Assembly: GCA_963836145.1 (NCBI GenBank)
Contig: CAWIIJ010000012.1
Span: 107,142 to 171,141, forward strand
From: an uncultured Acidobacteriota bacterium
GTDB taxonomy: Bacteria; Acidobacteriota; Terriglobia; Acidiferrales; UBA7541
Length of the DNA stretch: 64,000 nt
Reading direction: 5' to 3'
A program made the translations under genes and the position numbers. The notes under the pieces are model-generated. The model had not been told where the DNA came from, did not search any database, and saw only the letters and a program-made list of their open reading frames with translations. Shown here one piece after another: positions 25,828-34,427 of the stretch. Positions within the stretch are counted from its first letter, which is position 1, and each line of letters begins with the position of its first letter.

Positions 25828-26688
25828 GTGCCCGGTGGAAAGAACTCTGTCGGTCAAGCACCCCGGCCAGCCGCCGCGGAAAGGAAAAGTAACATTCTCC
25901 CCAGCGCAAAATACGCCGCAGCAACGCTCCTGCCCTTGCTGCTCTCCTGCGCCGTATCGCCGGCAGCGGCTCAGCAGCCGCCCGCCGCAAAATCGACGGC
26001 GGCCCACGCCGCGGCTCCCGTTCCGAAGCGAGACCTTTCCGGCCTATGGCACTACCAAAGCACCGGCGCCTCCGAACCCATCGCCCCCGATAACATGATT
26101 CCGCCAATGACTCAGTGGGCCAAGGCAAGGTTCGACCTGGAAAAGCCAGGATACGGCCCCAGGCGCGCGCCGGGCGGCAATGACCCGATTTTGCGATGCG
26201 ATCCGATGGGTTTCCCGCGGGTGATGTTTTTAAATACGCCCTTCGAGTTCGTTCAGGCACCTGGCCGGGTGATTCAGTTTTTCGAACACGAACACGAGTA
26301 CCGCACCATATGGACGGACGGCAGGCCTCTGCCCACCGACGTCGATCCAACGTGGTATGGATACGCCATCGGCCATTGGGAGGGAGACGACACGCTCGTG
26401 GTTGAATCCTCAGGCTTCCGCGACAGTACCTGGCTAGGTTCCACCGGCTACCCCCACAGCGAAGACATGCGCGTTACCGAACGCTACCGTCGCGTGGATC
26501 AGGACACCATCCTCTACGACATCACCGTAACCGACCCCAAGGCCTACACCGAGCCCATCGTCGGCCCGCACCGAACCATGAAGCAGCGCCCGCACGACGA
26601 AATGGTGGAGGAGATTTGCGTCCCATCGGAAGAACAATCCTTTGCCGACCGGATCGCCGAGCCGGCCACGCCGAAATCCTCGAAGTAG
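25828..26688 (+). CDS. secreted protein, family A (divergent subfamily), paralog A7 (286 aa)
   Basis: The only canonical start upstream of the hydrophobic segment LLPLLLSCAVSPAAA/QQ is GTG 25828, giving a long n-region, so the start is uncertain. Blocks match A6. Confidence 0.75.
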   Translation: MPGGKNSVGQAPRPAAAERKSNILPSAKYAAATLLPLLLSCAVSPAAAQQPPAAKSTAAHAAAPVPKRDLSGLWHYQSTGASEPIAPDNMIPPMTQWAKARFDLEKPGYGPRRAPGGNDPILRCDPMGFPRVMFLNTPFEFVQAPGRVIQFFEHEHEYRTIWTDGRPLPTDVDPTWYGYAIGHWEGDDTLVVESSGFRDSTWLGSTGYPHSEDMRVTERYRRVDQDTILYDITVTDPKAYTEPIVGPHRTMKQRPHDEMVEEICVPSEEQSFADRIAEPATPKSSK

Positions 26689-26705
26689 GAGTTTTTTGGG
26701 TTATT

Positions 26706-26740
26706 GGCGGCACAGATTTCCGCCTGTGTGTTTTTTTTTG
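26706..26740 (+). terminator. possible intrinsic terminator after the array
   Basis: Short stem (GGCGG/CCGCC or CACAG/CTGTG) followed by T9 at 26731-26739. The stem is weak. Confidence 0.4.
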
Positions 26741-26756
26741 CGTGATCATTCCGAAT

Positions 26757-26787
26757 CAAAAAGCCACAGGCTGAACGCCTGTGCTAC
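26757..26787. repeat. REP-like palindrome R1 (CCACAGGCTGAACGCCTGTGCTAC)
   Basis: Lies between the convergent A7 and amidohydrolase genes. Confidence 0.85.
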
Positions 26788-26796
26788 TTACGGCAA

Positions 26797-27759
26797 TCAG
26801 AAACCGTATAGGCGGGCAGGATTGTCGACCAGGATCTTTTTGCGGATCGCCGGGTCCGGCGCCCACGTTGGAAGCAGATTGAGCAGGTGGCCGTCGTCGA
26901 CGGCGAACATGGGCATGGGGTCGGTAGGTTTTCCGCGATCGACCGGGGCCATCGGATGCGGCCAGTCGGTGCCCCACAGGATGCGATCCGGATTCGTCTC
27001 GATCAGGGCTTTGGCGAATGGCGCCATGTCCGGATAATCAGGGGCCTGTTTCGAGGAGCGGTAGGGCGCCGAAATTTTGACGTAGGCGCTGCCGGAACGG
27101 ACCAGTTCGAGCAGATCGGCGAAGCCCGGCTGCTGCAGGCCGCGCGCGGCTTGCGCTCCGGCGAAGTGGTCGAACACGGTGGGCACGGGCGAAGTGCGCA
27201 CCAGATCCTTCAGCGCGGAGACCACGGCCAGATCGGCGTAGATCTGAATGTTCCAGTTGTGCTTTTTGAATTGCGCGGCGGCCGCCTGATAAATCGGGCG
27301 CGCGAAAGTTGGATCGGGCAAGCCCGTGGCCGTGGCAATAACTCGCGCGCCGCGGACGCCCGCCTTGTACAGCGCTTCATAATCGTTATCGGTCATCTTG
27401 TCGTTGATCACCACGATGCCGCGCGCGTTCGCCCCGCGGGCCTTCATGGCGTAGAGCGTCGCGGAATTATCCGACCCGTAGGGGCTGGGGGTGACGATCA
27501 CCACCCGCTCCATGTGCAGCGCATTATGCAGCGCCGACATGTCTTCGGGGGTCATGGCCTCCGGCGTGTACACGTGCTGAGGGACGAGCGGAAACTGCCT
27601 GGTGTCCCCATAAAAATGGATATGGCAGTCGCAGGCGTGCGGTGGAACGGCAAAATTGACCGGCGTGGCCGGTTGCGGCGCCTTGGCAAGGCTTGGTAAG
27701 CCGCGCATCAACACACCCACGGCAATTGCTCCCGATACGAAGTTTCGTCGCGTCAGCAT
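26797..27759 (-). CDS. amidohydrolase family protein with Tat signal (LigI / 2-pyrone-4,6-dicarboxylate hydrolase-like)
   Basis: Track ORF 26797..28326 trimmed to ATG 27759, behind GGAGG. MLTRRNFVSGAIAVG, CDCHIHFYG and WGTDWPHP motifs. Confidence 0.85.
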   Translation of the reverse strand: MLTRRNFVSGAIAVGVLMRGLPSLAKAPQPATPVNFAVPPHACDCHIHFYGDTRQFPLVPQHVYTPEAMTPEDMSALHNALHMERVVIVTPSPYGSDNSATLYAMKARGANARGIVVINDKMTDNDYEALYKAGVRGARVIATATGLPDPTFARPIYQAAAAQFKKHNWNIQIYADLAVVSALKDLVRTSPVPTVFDHFAGAQAARGLQQPGFADLLELVRSGSAYVKISAPYRSSKQAPDYPDMAPFAKALIETNPDRILWGTDWPHPMAPVDRGKPTDPMPMFAVDDGHLLNLLPTWAPDPAIRKKILVDNPARLYGF

Positions 27760-27955
27760 CGCTGCCTCCGATCTGCTAATGGGATTTCCGGATTGGCTTT
27801 CTGGCTCGGAGCAGTATACGGTAACTTGCCTCAGGTTGGCGGGTGGAACTGGACTTTGAAGATGCGCCGGATCGATTGACTTGGAGACGTCTTTCGACCC
27901 CTGCCTTGCGAAACGAATTATAGAAGGGATGACGTACTCTCCGGTCGGAGGAACG

Positions 27956-28771
27956 ATGCTCGAGCCCGCCATCGTAGCGGAAGGATTGTCGCGCAGTTTC
28001 GGTAACCTCATTGCGGTGGACCATGTGGACTTGCGCGTGGATGCCGGACAATTCTTCGGTTTTCTTGGACCCAACGGAGCCGGGAAATCCACCACCATCC
28101 GCATGATGACCGGGCTGCTCGCGCCGACCGCCGGAAGCATCCGCCTGCTGGGGCTCAATCTGGAAACCAACTCGACCGAAGTAAAGCGCCAGATTGGTGT
28201 AGTCCCGGAAGGCCTGGCGCTGTTTGACCGCCTCACGGGAAGCGAATATTTGAATTTCGTGGGGCGAATGTACGGCCTGGACCGCGCCACAGCCGCGCAG
28301 CGCACGCGCGAATTGCTGGACTTCATGGACCTGGCCGACCGGCCGAAAACGCTGGTGGTGGACTACTCCCACGGAATGAAGAAAAAACTTGCTCTGGCCG
28401 CAGCCGTGATCCACGGGCCCAAGATTCTGTTTTTGGACGAGCCCTTCGAAGGAGTGGACGCGATCGCCGCCGGGACACTGAAGAGGATGTTAAACAACAT
28501 GACCGCGCGCGGGGCGACGATTTTTCTCACCTCTCACGTGCTTGAGATTGTGGAGCGCTTGTGCAGCCACGTGGCCATCATCAATAAGGGACGCATTATC
28601 GCGCAGGGTTCTCTGGACGAGCTTCGAGCGGGTGTGGCCGCCGCGTCGCACATGGATGGCGCCTCCGCGGCCCCGGCGCAGAAACTTACGCTGGAAGAAA
28701 TTTTTCTGGCCGTGGTGGGCAACGAAGCCGCGGCGCGGAAATCCGAGGAAGAGCTTTCATGGCTGAAGTAG
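27956..28771 (+). CDS. ABC transporter ATP-binding protein
   Basis: Walker A GPNGAGKST and an ABC signature region. ATG 27956 lies 5 nt after GGAGGA. Confidence 0.9.
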   Translation: MLEPAIVAEGLSRSFGNLIAVDHVDLRVDAGQFFGFLGPNGAGKSTTIRMMTGLLAPTAGSIRLLGLNLETNSTEVKRQIGVVPEGLALFDRLTGSEYLNFVGRMYGLDRATAAQRTRELLDFMDLADRPKTLVVDYSHGMKKKLALAAAVIHGPKILFLDEPFEGVDAIAAGTLKRMLNNMTARGATIFLTSHVLEIVERLCSHVAIINKGRIIAQGSLDELRAGVAAASHMDGASAAPAQKLTLEEIFLAVVGNEAAARKSEEELSWLK

Positions 28772-30450
28772 CCGCCGCGCCCAGCCTGAGCCGGCAGTTA
28801 TCGCTGGTGATGATGGTGCGCTGGCAGACATTCCGCAACGGCCTGCGCAGCCGATCCGAGAAGGCGCACCTCGCGGGATCTCTCGCGCTGGGCTTCTTTC
28901 TGGTGCTGCTGACGCTGGCGGCCTCGGTGGGAGTAGGTTTCGCCGCCTATGCCGTGGCGCTGACTCGAAACTGGCTGGCGCTGACTTTGATGTTGTGGGG
29001 GATTTTCGTCTTCTGGCAACTGGTCCCGGTGCTGGCCTCCGAAATGAATCCAGGCTTTGACGGACGCAACCTGTTGCGGTTCCCGTTGCGATTTTCCGCA
29101 TTTTTCCTGATGAGCGCGGCCTACGGCGTTGCCGATCCGTTTGCACTCACCGGCATCGCCTGGCACGTGGCCATCGGCATCGGGGTCGCGATGGCCCGCC
29201 CGGATCTTGCCTTGTGGGCGGCGCTGGCGCTGATTATTTCGATCAAAATGAATCTGCTGCTCAATCGCCTGGTGTTCGCGTGGCTGGAACGCGCGCTGGC
29301 CAAGCGCCGGATGCGCGAACTCGTTACGGCAATGTTCGTGTTGTTGTTTGTGTGCATACAGTTTTCGGGCATCGCCGTGCGCCGCTGGGGGCCGCAGTTG
29401 CGGCGCGGCGTGGAAAATTATGCGACCCTGTGGCGTTCGCTTCCCCCGGGATTGCCGGCAACCGTGCTGCAACACGCCGCCGCCGGCGAGTCTGCCGCGG
29501 CCCTGCGCGCCGCCGGCCTGCTGGTGATCTACGCGCTGGTGTTCGGCGGGCTTTTCGCGCTTCGAGTGCGCGCTCAGTTTACGGGTGAAGATTTAGGAGA
29601 AAGCGCCGCGCCTTCGCCGCCCAAGCCCGCCGCGAGATCCCTTTCCGAGTCCGCTGCGCGTTCGGGCGCGGTAACCCTACAGGGATCGCGGCCGCTTTCG
29701 AACGTCGTAAGCTCTCCGGTCGCCGCTATATTCGTAAAGGAGTTCCGCTATTTCTACCGCAACACGATGTTGATGATGAACGTGTTCATGCCGCTTATTT
29801 TGATCGCATTTTTCAGTCTGTCTTCGTCCATGCCGCGGCGCCACGGCGAGCCGTCATATCTGGGAAGATTCAGCGGGGACTTTGCCTATCCTGGCGCGGT
29901 CGTCTACATCCTGCTGCTGATGATGAATTTTTGCCCTAACAACCTGGCCTACGAGGGCCGCGGCATGGAGCGATTGTTTCTCGCTCCGGTGAAATTCCGC
30001 GACGTGATGCTGGGGAAGAATCTGTTTCACGGGGCGATTCTGGTGATGGAAGCGCTCATCGCGCTGGTTCTGGTAACCGAATTGGGGCATCCGCCACGCC
30101 CGGTCATCATTCTGGCGACCTGGGCGGCGCTTCTGTTTGCCGCTCTGGTGCACTTGGCGGCAGGCAACTGGCTTTCCCTTCAGTACCCGCGCAGATTCGA
30201 ATTCGGTGTGAGGCGACAGCGCCCTTCGGGGCTGACGATGATCATTACTTTTGGACTGTTTTTGGGGGAACTGGCGGTGATTTCCATCGCGGCAGCGCTC
30301 TGCATCTGGCTCGCGCGCCTGTGGCTCCTGCCGCTTGTCTATCTCGTTATGAGCGCGGCCGAGCTCGTTATCTACCTGCTGGCGCTCGAGGGAACCACGC
30401 GCCAGGCGATTCGGCAGCGCGATACTCTGCTGGATCAGATTTCACGCTAG
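28759..30450 (+). CDS. ABC exporter permease-like polytopic membrane protein
   Basis: 563 aa with many hydrophobic helices. Its start overlaps the ATPase stop by 13 nt. Confidence 0.75.
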   Translation: MAEVAAAPSLSRQLSLVMMVRWQTFRNGLRSRSEKAHLAGSLALGFFLVLLTLAASVGVGFAAYAVALTRNWLALTLMLWGIFVFWQLVPVLASEMNPGFDGRNLLRFPLRFSAFFLMSAAYGVADPFALTGIAWHVAIGIGVAMARPDLALWAALALIISIKMNLLLNRLVFAWLERALAKRRMRELVTAMFVLLFVCIQFSGIAVRRWGPQLRRGVENYATLWRSLPPGLPATVLQHAAAGESAAALRAAGLLVIYALVFGGLFALRVRAQFTGEDLGESAAPSPPKPAARSLSESAARSGAVTLQGSRPLSNVVSSPVAAIFVKEFRYFYRNTMLMMNVFMPLILIAFFSLSSSMPRRHGEPSYLGRFSGDFAYPGAVVYILLLMMNFCPNNLAYEGRGMERLFLAPVKFRDVMLGKNLFHGAILVMEALIALVLVTELGHPPRPVIILATWAALLFAALVHLAAGNWLSLQYPRRFEFGVRRQRPSGLTMIITFGLFLGELAVISIAAALCIWLARLWLLPLVYLVMSAAELVIYLLALEGTTRQAIRQRDTLLDQISR

Positions 30451-30556
30451 GCGCGCCCGAATCTTCAGCTTTTTTTCCCGGATATCCCTGCGTTCGGGTT
30501 TTCGGCTTCGGCGCCAAGTCCAGTCCGCGGCATTTCCGTGCTGGTAACCGCCGGCC

Positions 30557-30580
30557 CTACACAGCCTGAGGCTGTGCTGC
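30557..30580. repeat. REP-like palindrome R1 variant (CTACACAGCCTGAGGCTGTGCTGC)
   Basis: Hairpin ACAGCC-TGA-GGCTGT. Confidence 0.7.
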
Positions 30581-30609
30581 TGCCGCCTCAACCAGAGAAC
30601 TTCACGCTG

Positions 30610-30623
30610 CACCGAAGGTTGTT
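30610..30623. repeat. 14-bp direct repeat, left copy (CACCGAAGGTTGTT)
   Basis: An identical 14-mer at 37797-37810 abuts the other inverted repeat. Confidence 0.9.
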
Positions 30624-30661
30624 GGGGTAGTGTACAGCGACGGCAAAATGCTCCCTCCCCC
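30624..30661 (+). repeat. 38-bp terminal inverted repeat, left (GGGGTAGTGTACAGCGACGGCAAAATGCTCCCTCCCCC)
   Basis: Perfect reverse complement of 37759-37796. Imperfect similarity continues ~90 nt inward, including a shared GGCGAGCGGCGAT. Confidence 0.92.
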
Positions 30662-30806
30662 CTTTCTGAGCGTTTATGGCCATGGCGAGCGGCGATTGCG
30701 TTGTTGCGGGTGCGCGGAATCGGGAGCGGGCGGTCCAGCAATGCAATGTAGAAGCGCGCGCTAGATAAACGTGTGGCGCGGCGGTGTGGGGGATGGCAGA
30801 GGGAAT

Positions 30807-31532
30807 CTACTGTTTCAAAAGAAATGCCAGGAAATTGGAGTGAAATTTCTCAGCCAATTCATCAGCAGATCGCGTGTGAAAAGTTACATTCTCCCGAAGA
30901 GATGTTCTCGGGTCGAGAATGTTGAGACGGACCGCAAAAGTGATAGCTTCATGGCCCCCTGCAGGGGGAACGTTCCACCACGTAACCGTTTGCTTCCCGT
31001 CTTCATCGCCGAGTGCTATGTGGGCGTTGGCTCTGGCAAGTAATTCCTTCGGAACGAAGCGATTATAGATCGCAAACACGGGTTGCAGTTCAGCCACGTC
31101 TTCGAGTTCCTTGTATTTTTCAATTGGGATACCCGATGCCACTTGGCTGGCAATTGCAAGCGCGAACTCAATCGGTATGACTTTTAAGAAGGCGGTTAGT
31201 TGCCCTAAGAGTTCCTCGCGCCATACTTGCCACGAGTTGAAACTCACGCCCCAACCGGCCCAAAGCAGGATTTCATTGCGGGAGATTTTACATTGAAAGT
31301 ATGGGTTCGCTTCAGTCCCATCCCCTTTTACGAGACTAACTTGATTCGCGGGTTGTGCTTGAACAATTTCAGAGAACAGCTTCTCCCTTACGAGGAGATA
31401 CTCAGCCAGCGAGGCCATTAGGCTAGCGCCGAGGCATTCGAACTTGAAACTTATCGCACACTGGTACGTGTTTTTTCCGAAGTCAACAATAGCCAAAACA
31501 ATCTTCTCCGTACGAGCTAGGCTACGGCGCAC
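30807..31532 (-). CDS. hypothetical protein (241 aa), island cargo
   Basis: The long ORF overlaps the end of the reconstructed upstream gene by 11 nt. GTG start is uncertain. No family recognised. Confidence 0.55.
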   Translation of the reverse strand: MRRSLARTEKIVLAIVDFGKNTYQCAISFKFECLGASLMASLAEYLLVREKLFSEIVQAQPANQVSLVKGDGTEANPYFQCKISRNEILLWAGWGVSFNSWQVWREELLGQLTAFLKVIPIEFALAIASQVASGIPIEKYKELEDVAELQPVFAIYNRFVPKELLARANAHIALGDEDGKQTVTWWNVPPAGGHEAITFAVRLNILDPRTSLRENVTFHTRSADELAEKFHSNFLAFLLKQ

Positions 31533-31701
31533 CTTGCATCGCTAGTTTTTCCGCCGTTTTCGATTCTTGTCTTGTTTCGACACCTAACCCTTGCAAAGCT
31601 GCTGCTCTTATCTGGCGCGCCTCCAATGACATGAAGCGGCTTTCTTCCAAATGCTTTTGCCACTCGGTCAGATACCTGCCATAAGTTAACTGAAGTATTT
31701 G

Positions 31702-33135
31702 GAAATTGTCCCCGGTTTAGTTGAAAGTGGCGGCTCTCGACTTCGGGCACCTTATGCGACCTGCTCCTGCTGAGTCAATAACGGATTCAGTTTGCGCTGC
31801 AGGAGTTCCAGTTCCCGGAAGCCTTTCACCTTTCGGAATTTCTTTTCCGCTTCAAGTAATCCGGTGGCCGTCCAGCGCAGCGCGTGGTCCCCGGCTCGCC
31901 AGCGTTTCACATTCCGGGCCACGCGCTCGACCGTGGAAAGGCACGACTCGATGGGATTGCTCGAAGCCAACGTCTGCCGTAGCAGCCCTCCCACGCCCAG
32001 CCGGTGCACGGTGAGAGTTTCGTCCAACCCTTCTTCCAGGCTGTGTGCTGCGCTCGGATTGATGCGCTCCAGTTGCCGGAAGATTTTTTCAAGTTCCGCT
32101 TTGGCCTCCGCGTAGCCGGTCATCGCGTAGGCGTTGCGGATTCTTCGATCCGTATCTCCCTGGGCGCTCTTGGGCAAATGCTCTTTCACGTTCCGCCGCT
32201 TGTGGATCTGGCAGCGCTGCACTTCGGCCCGTTTGCCGAACACCCGCTCGATCCCCGCGCGCAGTGCCTTGGCCCCGTCGATCACGAACAAGTAGCGTCT
32301 CTCTGGGTTTAGGCCCCGTGCTACCAGGTCTTCCAGCAGTTCTTTGACCACGGTGGTGTTCTCCGTCGCGCCCTGCCAGAGTCCCAACACCTGCTTTTTC
32401 CCGCTCGTTTCGATGCCCAGCGCCACGACCAACACCTGCTTGCCCAGATGAATCCCGTCGATCAAGATCGCCACCAGATCCAGTTCCTCCAGTCTTTTCT
32501 CGTAGAGCTTTTTCAGTTGTGCCGCGCTGGCCGCCACGAACTGGCGGCTCACACTGGACTTCTCGATCCCGTAGCCCTCCAGCACGCTGTCCACCGCACG
32601 GTGATAGTTCCGCGAGGTCAGCCCGGCCACGATCCCTTCCCGCACCGCCCGCTGCCGTCGACCGTCGTGTTGCAGCCGCGCGTAACTGTCCAGCTGCACT
32701 TCTTCCCCTTGACGCGTGCGCACCCGCGGACGCTGCACCGCTACTTTCTGCCCAGCAAACACCACGTAGCCCGATTGCTGACCCCATCGCAAGCAACTCG
32801 ACGCCGCATCCGGTTGGTGGCGCGGCCCTACGCGTCGCATCACTTCATCTTCGATCACGGCACGAATGATCTTCAACCCCGCCAGCCCGGTCAGGTGTTC
32901 GACCTCTGGCTGCAACTCCTCCCACACCTCCACCAGCGGCAGCGGTAACCGCACCGCCACTTCTTTGCTTCCCAGCACCTCGAACTTCTTCGTGGACTTC
33001 TTCCCACTGCTCTGGTATCTGTCGGCCATAGCGGCTCTCCTCTCTAAAAAGAGTTCTCATCCCGGACTCTATCCGAGTCCGGGCCGAGAGCCGCTACTTC
33101 CTTCTTCAGGTTTCAACTAAAGGCGGGACAACTTC
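31702..33135 (-). mobile_element. IS256-family insertion sequence (1434 bp)
   Basis: Ends GAAATTGTCCCCGGTTTAGTTGAAAG and GAAGTTGTCCCGCCTTTAGTTGAAAC (reverse complement), flanked by the 8-bp TSD AGTATTTG at 31694-31701 and 33136-33143. Confidence 0.9.
31752..33029 (-). CDS. IS256 family (Mutator-type) transposase
   Basis: 425-aa ORF with the typical IS256 length and sequence character (...LIDGIHLGKQVLVVALGI..., ...VQRCQIHKRRNV...). Confidence 0.9.
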   Translation of the reverse strand: MADRYQSSGKKSTKKFEVLGSKEVAVRLPLPLVEVWEELQPEVEHLTGLAGLKIIRAVIEDEVMRRVGPRHQPDAASSCLRWGQQSGYVVFAGQKVAVQRPRVRTRQGEEVQLDSYARLQHDGRRQRAVREGIVAGLTSRNYHRAVDSVLEGYGIEKSSVSRQFVAASAAQLKKLYEKRLEELDLVAILIDGIHLGKQVLVVALGIETSGKKQVLGLWQGATENTTVVKELLEDLVARGLNPERRYLFVIDGAKALRAGIERVFGKRAEVQRCQIHKRRNVKEHLPKSAQGDTDRRIRNAYAMTGYAEAKAELEKIFRQLERINPSAAHSLEEGLDETLTVHRLGVGGLLRQTLASSNPIESCLSTVERVARNVKRWRAGDHALRWTATGLLEAEKKFRKVKGFRELELLQRKLNPLLTQQEQVA

Positions 33136-33718
33136 AGTATTTGAGGAATCAAGATTCTGGCGTAAGCATTCTGTGGTAACTCTTCTAAACTTTTCTCTAG
33201 TTGGAGCGTAAGTAAACGAGTCTTACCTATGCCTGATGAGCCGAGAATAAAAACATTGGGACGCATACCTTGATATCTAAGACGCCCCCAATCCTGCTGC
33301 AGCAACCCGCTCGGTATCACGTGTTGCGCCGAAGATATTCCGAGCACCTGTGACCAAGCTTCTTCCTCGTCAGGCTGGACCGTCGATGAAATATCGCCCG
33401 GCAAATCAACGACGAAACTTTCCGGCAGTTTTTCCATTTGGTGATCGAGGTCGGCGGGGGATAAAACACACATTTTGTCTTCGGCAGGTGGTGCAACTGG
33501 GTGCAAGACTCCCCTGACTGCATCTAGGATCGGTCGCACCAACGCAAGCACTCCCCAAAAAACGAGCGTGAGCGCAAGTCCTACTCCGACCCCAGTCACA
33601 ATAAGAACAAGAAGTTCAACCATTTTTCAAATCCTCTAACCTACCCCCGTGTGTACCCATAATATATGATGACCGAAATGATCGCTATCGACGCGACTCC
33701 GAAGACGCAACTCCAACT

Positions 33719-34243
33719 TTGCGAAAACCGACGAGCCAAAGGTATCCTGCTACTCGATTGACTCAAAGTCGCCGACGCCAAGCTAAGGGTAGCTCGTTTG
33801 ATCCAGGAGCCGAAAATACACTTCGTCCGCTGCGTATCTGTCGAATTTGCGGCGCGACCATTAAGCGGGGTCAGACCTACTGTGCATCGTGCGCTGTCGG
33901 AGTTTCGAGGGAAAGGTTGATCGAGGCCGCAAAACTCGGGCGCATTGCTACGCTCACTCTTGAAGCAGAGACCCTCCGCGCTAAGACCCAACGAAAGCAC
34001 GCTGCCGCCATAGCTGCATGGCAGCCCTCCGAGTTGCCGGAATGGCTTACTGAGGAAGCTTACCGCAAGAAGATTCAACCCGCGCTTGCTGAAATAACTG
34101 TTCCCGCTATCGCAACTGCTCTCGGCATCTCGGAGCCCTACGCTACAGATATTCGTGCGGGCCGACGCATCCCACATCCAAGGCATTGGCTAGCGCTTAC
34201 AAGGCTTGTTGGTGTTTCGGCCAATTCTTCCCAATCTGAGTAA
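33719..34243 (+). CDS. hypothetical zinc-ribbon + HTH-like protein (174 aa), island cargo
   Basis: CRICGATIKRGQTYCASCA (CxxC..CxxC) and a C-terminal IATALGISEPYATDIRAGRRIPHPRHW. TTG start is uncertain. Confidence 0.55.
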   Translation: MRKPTSQRYPATRLTQSRRRQAKGSSFDPGAENTLRPLRICRICGATIKRGQTYCASCAVGVSRERLIEAAKLGRIATLTLEAETLRAKTQRKHAAAIAAWQPSELPEWLTEEAYRKKIQPALAEITVPAIATALGISEPYATDIRAGRRIPHPRHWLALTRLVGVSANSSQSE

Positions 34244-34427
34244 AGTGTTAGTTTCAACTTGGGATCGGGGCAGGACTTATATCGCTCCTGTTATGTATTA
34301 TCGTGATAACGTATATCCAGGTACTATAAGAGATCAATGACTGGACCTTCCAACTCGGTAACTGTCCCCCGGTGCGGTCAGAATAAACGTGTGGTAATGT
34401 TGGCATAATCGGAAAGAAGGTGAAGGC

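Larger units (their letters stand above)
31522..33623 (-). pseudogene. TM + P-loop-motif protein gene split by IS256 (reconstructs to 219 codons)
   Basis: Removing 31702-33135 and one TSD copy joins ...ARILIPQIL to QLTYGRYLTEWQKHLEE...MQGAP* in frame. The N-terminus has a TM helix and VFILGSSGIGKT. Confidence 0.75.

Noticed and set aside
26797-28326. 509-aa minus-strand ORF as a single gene.
   Set aside because: Only the part from ATG 27759 (Tat signal, GGAGG RBS) is amidohydrolase. The upstream 189 codons are antisense to the ABC ATPase gene and low in complexity.
30442-30741. ORFs 30442..30741 (-) and 37523..37861 (+), both containing GEGAFCRRCTLP, as paralogous small genes.
   Set aside because: The shared peptide is simply the translation of the 38-bp inverted repeat and its arms. 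No RBS or other coding evidence supports them.
33641-34186. 181-aa minus-strand ORF overlapping 33719..34243.
   Set aside because: The plus-strand frame has CxxC..CxxC and HTH-like motifs and sits in operon orientation with the ATPase. The minus frame is Ser/Cys/Arg-rich with no motifs. Neither call is certain.
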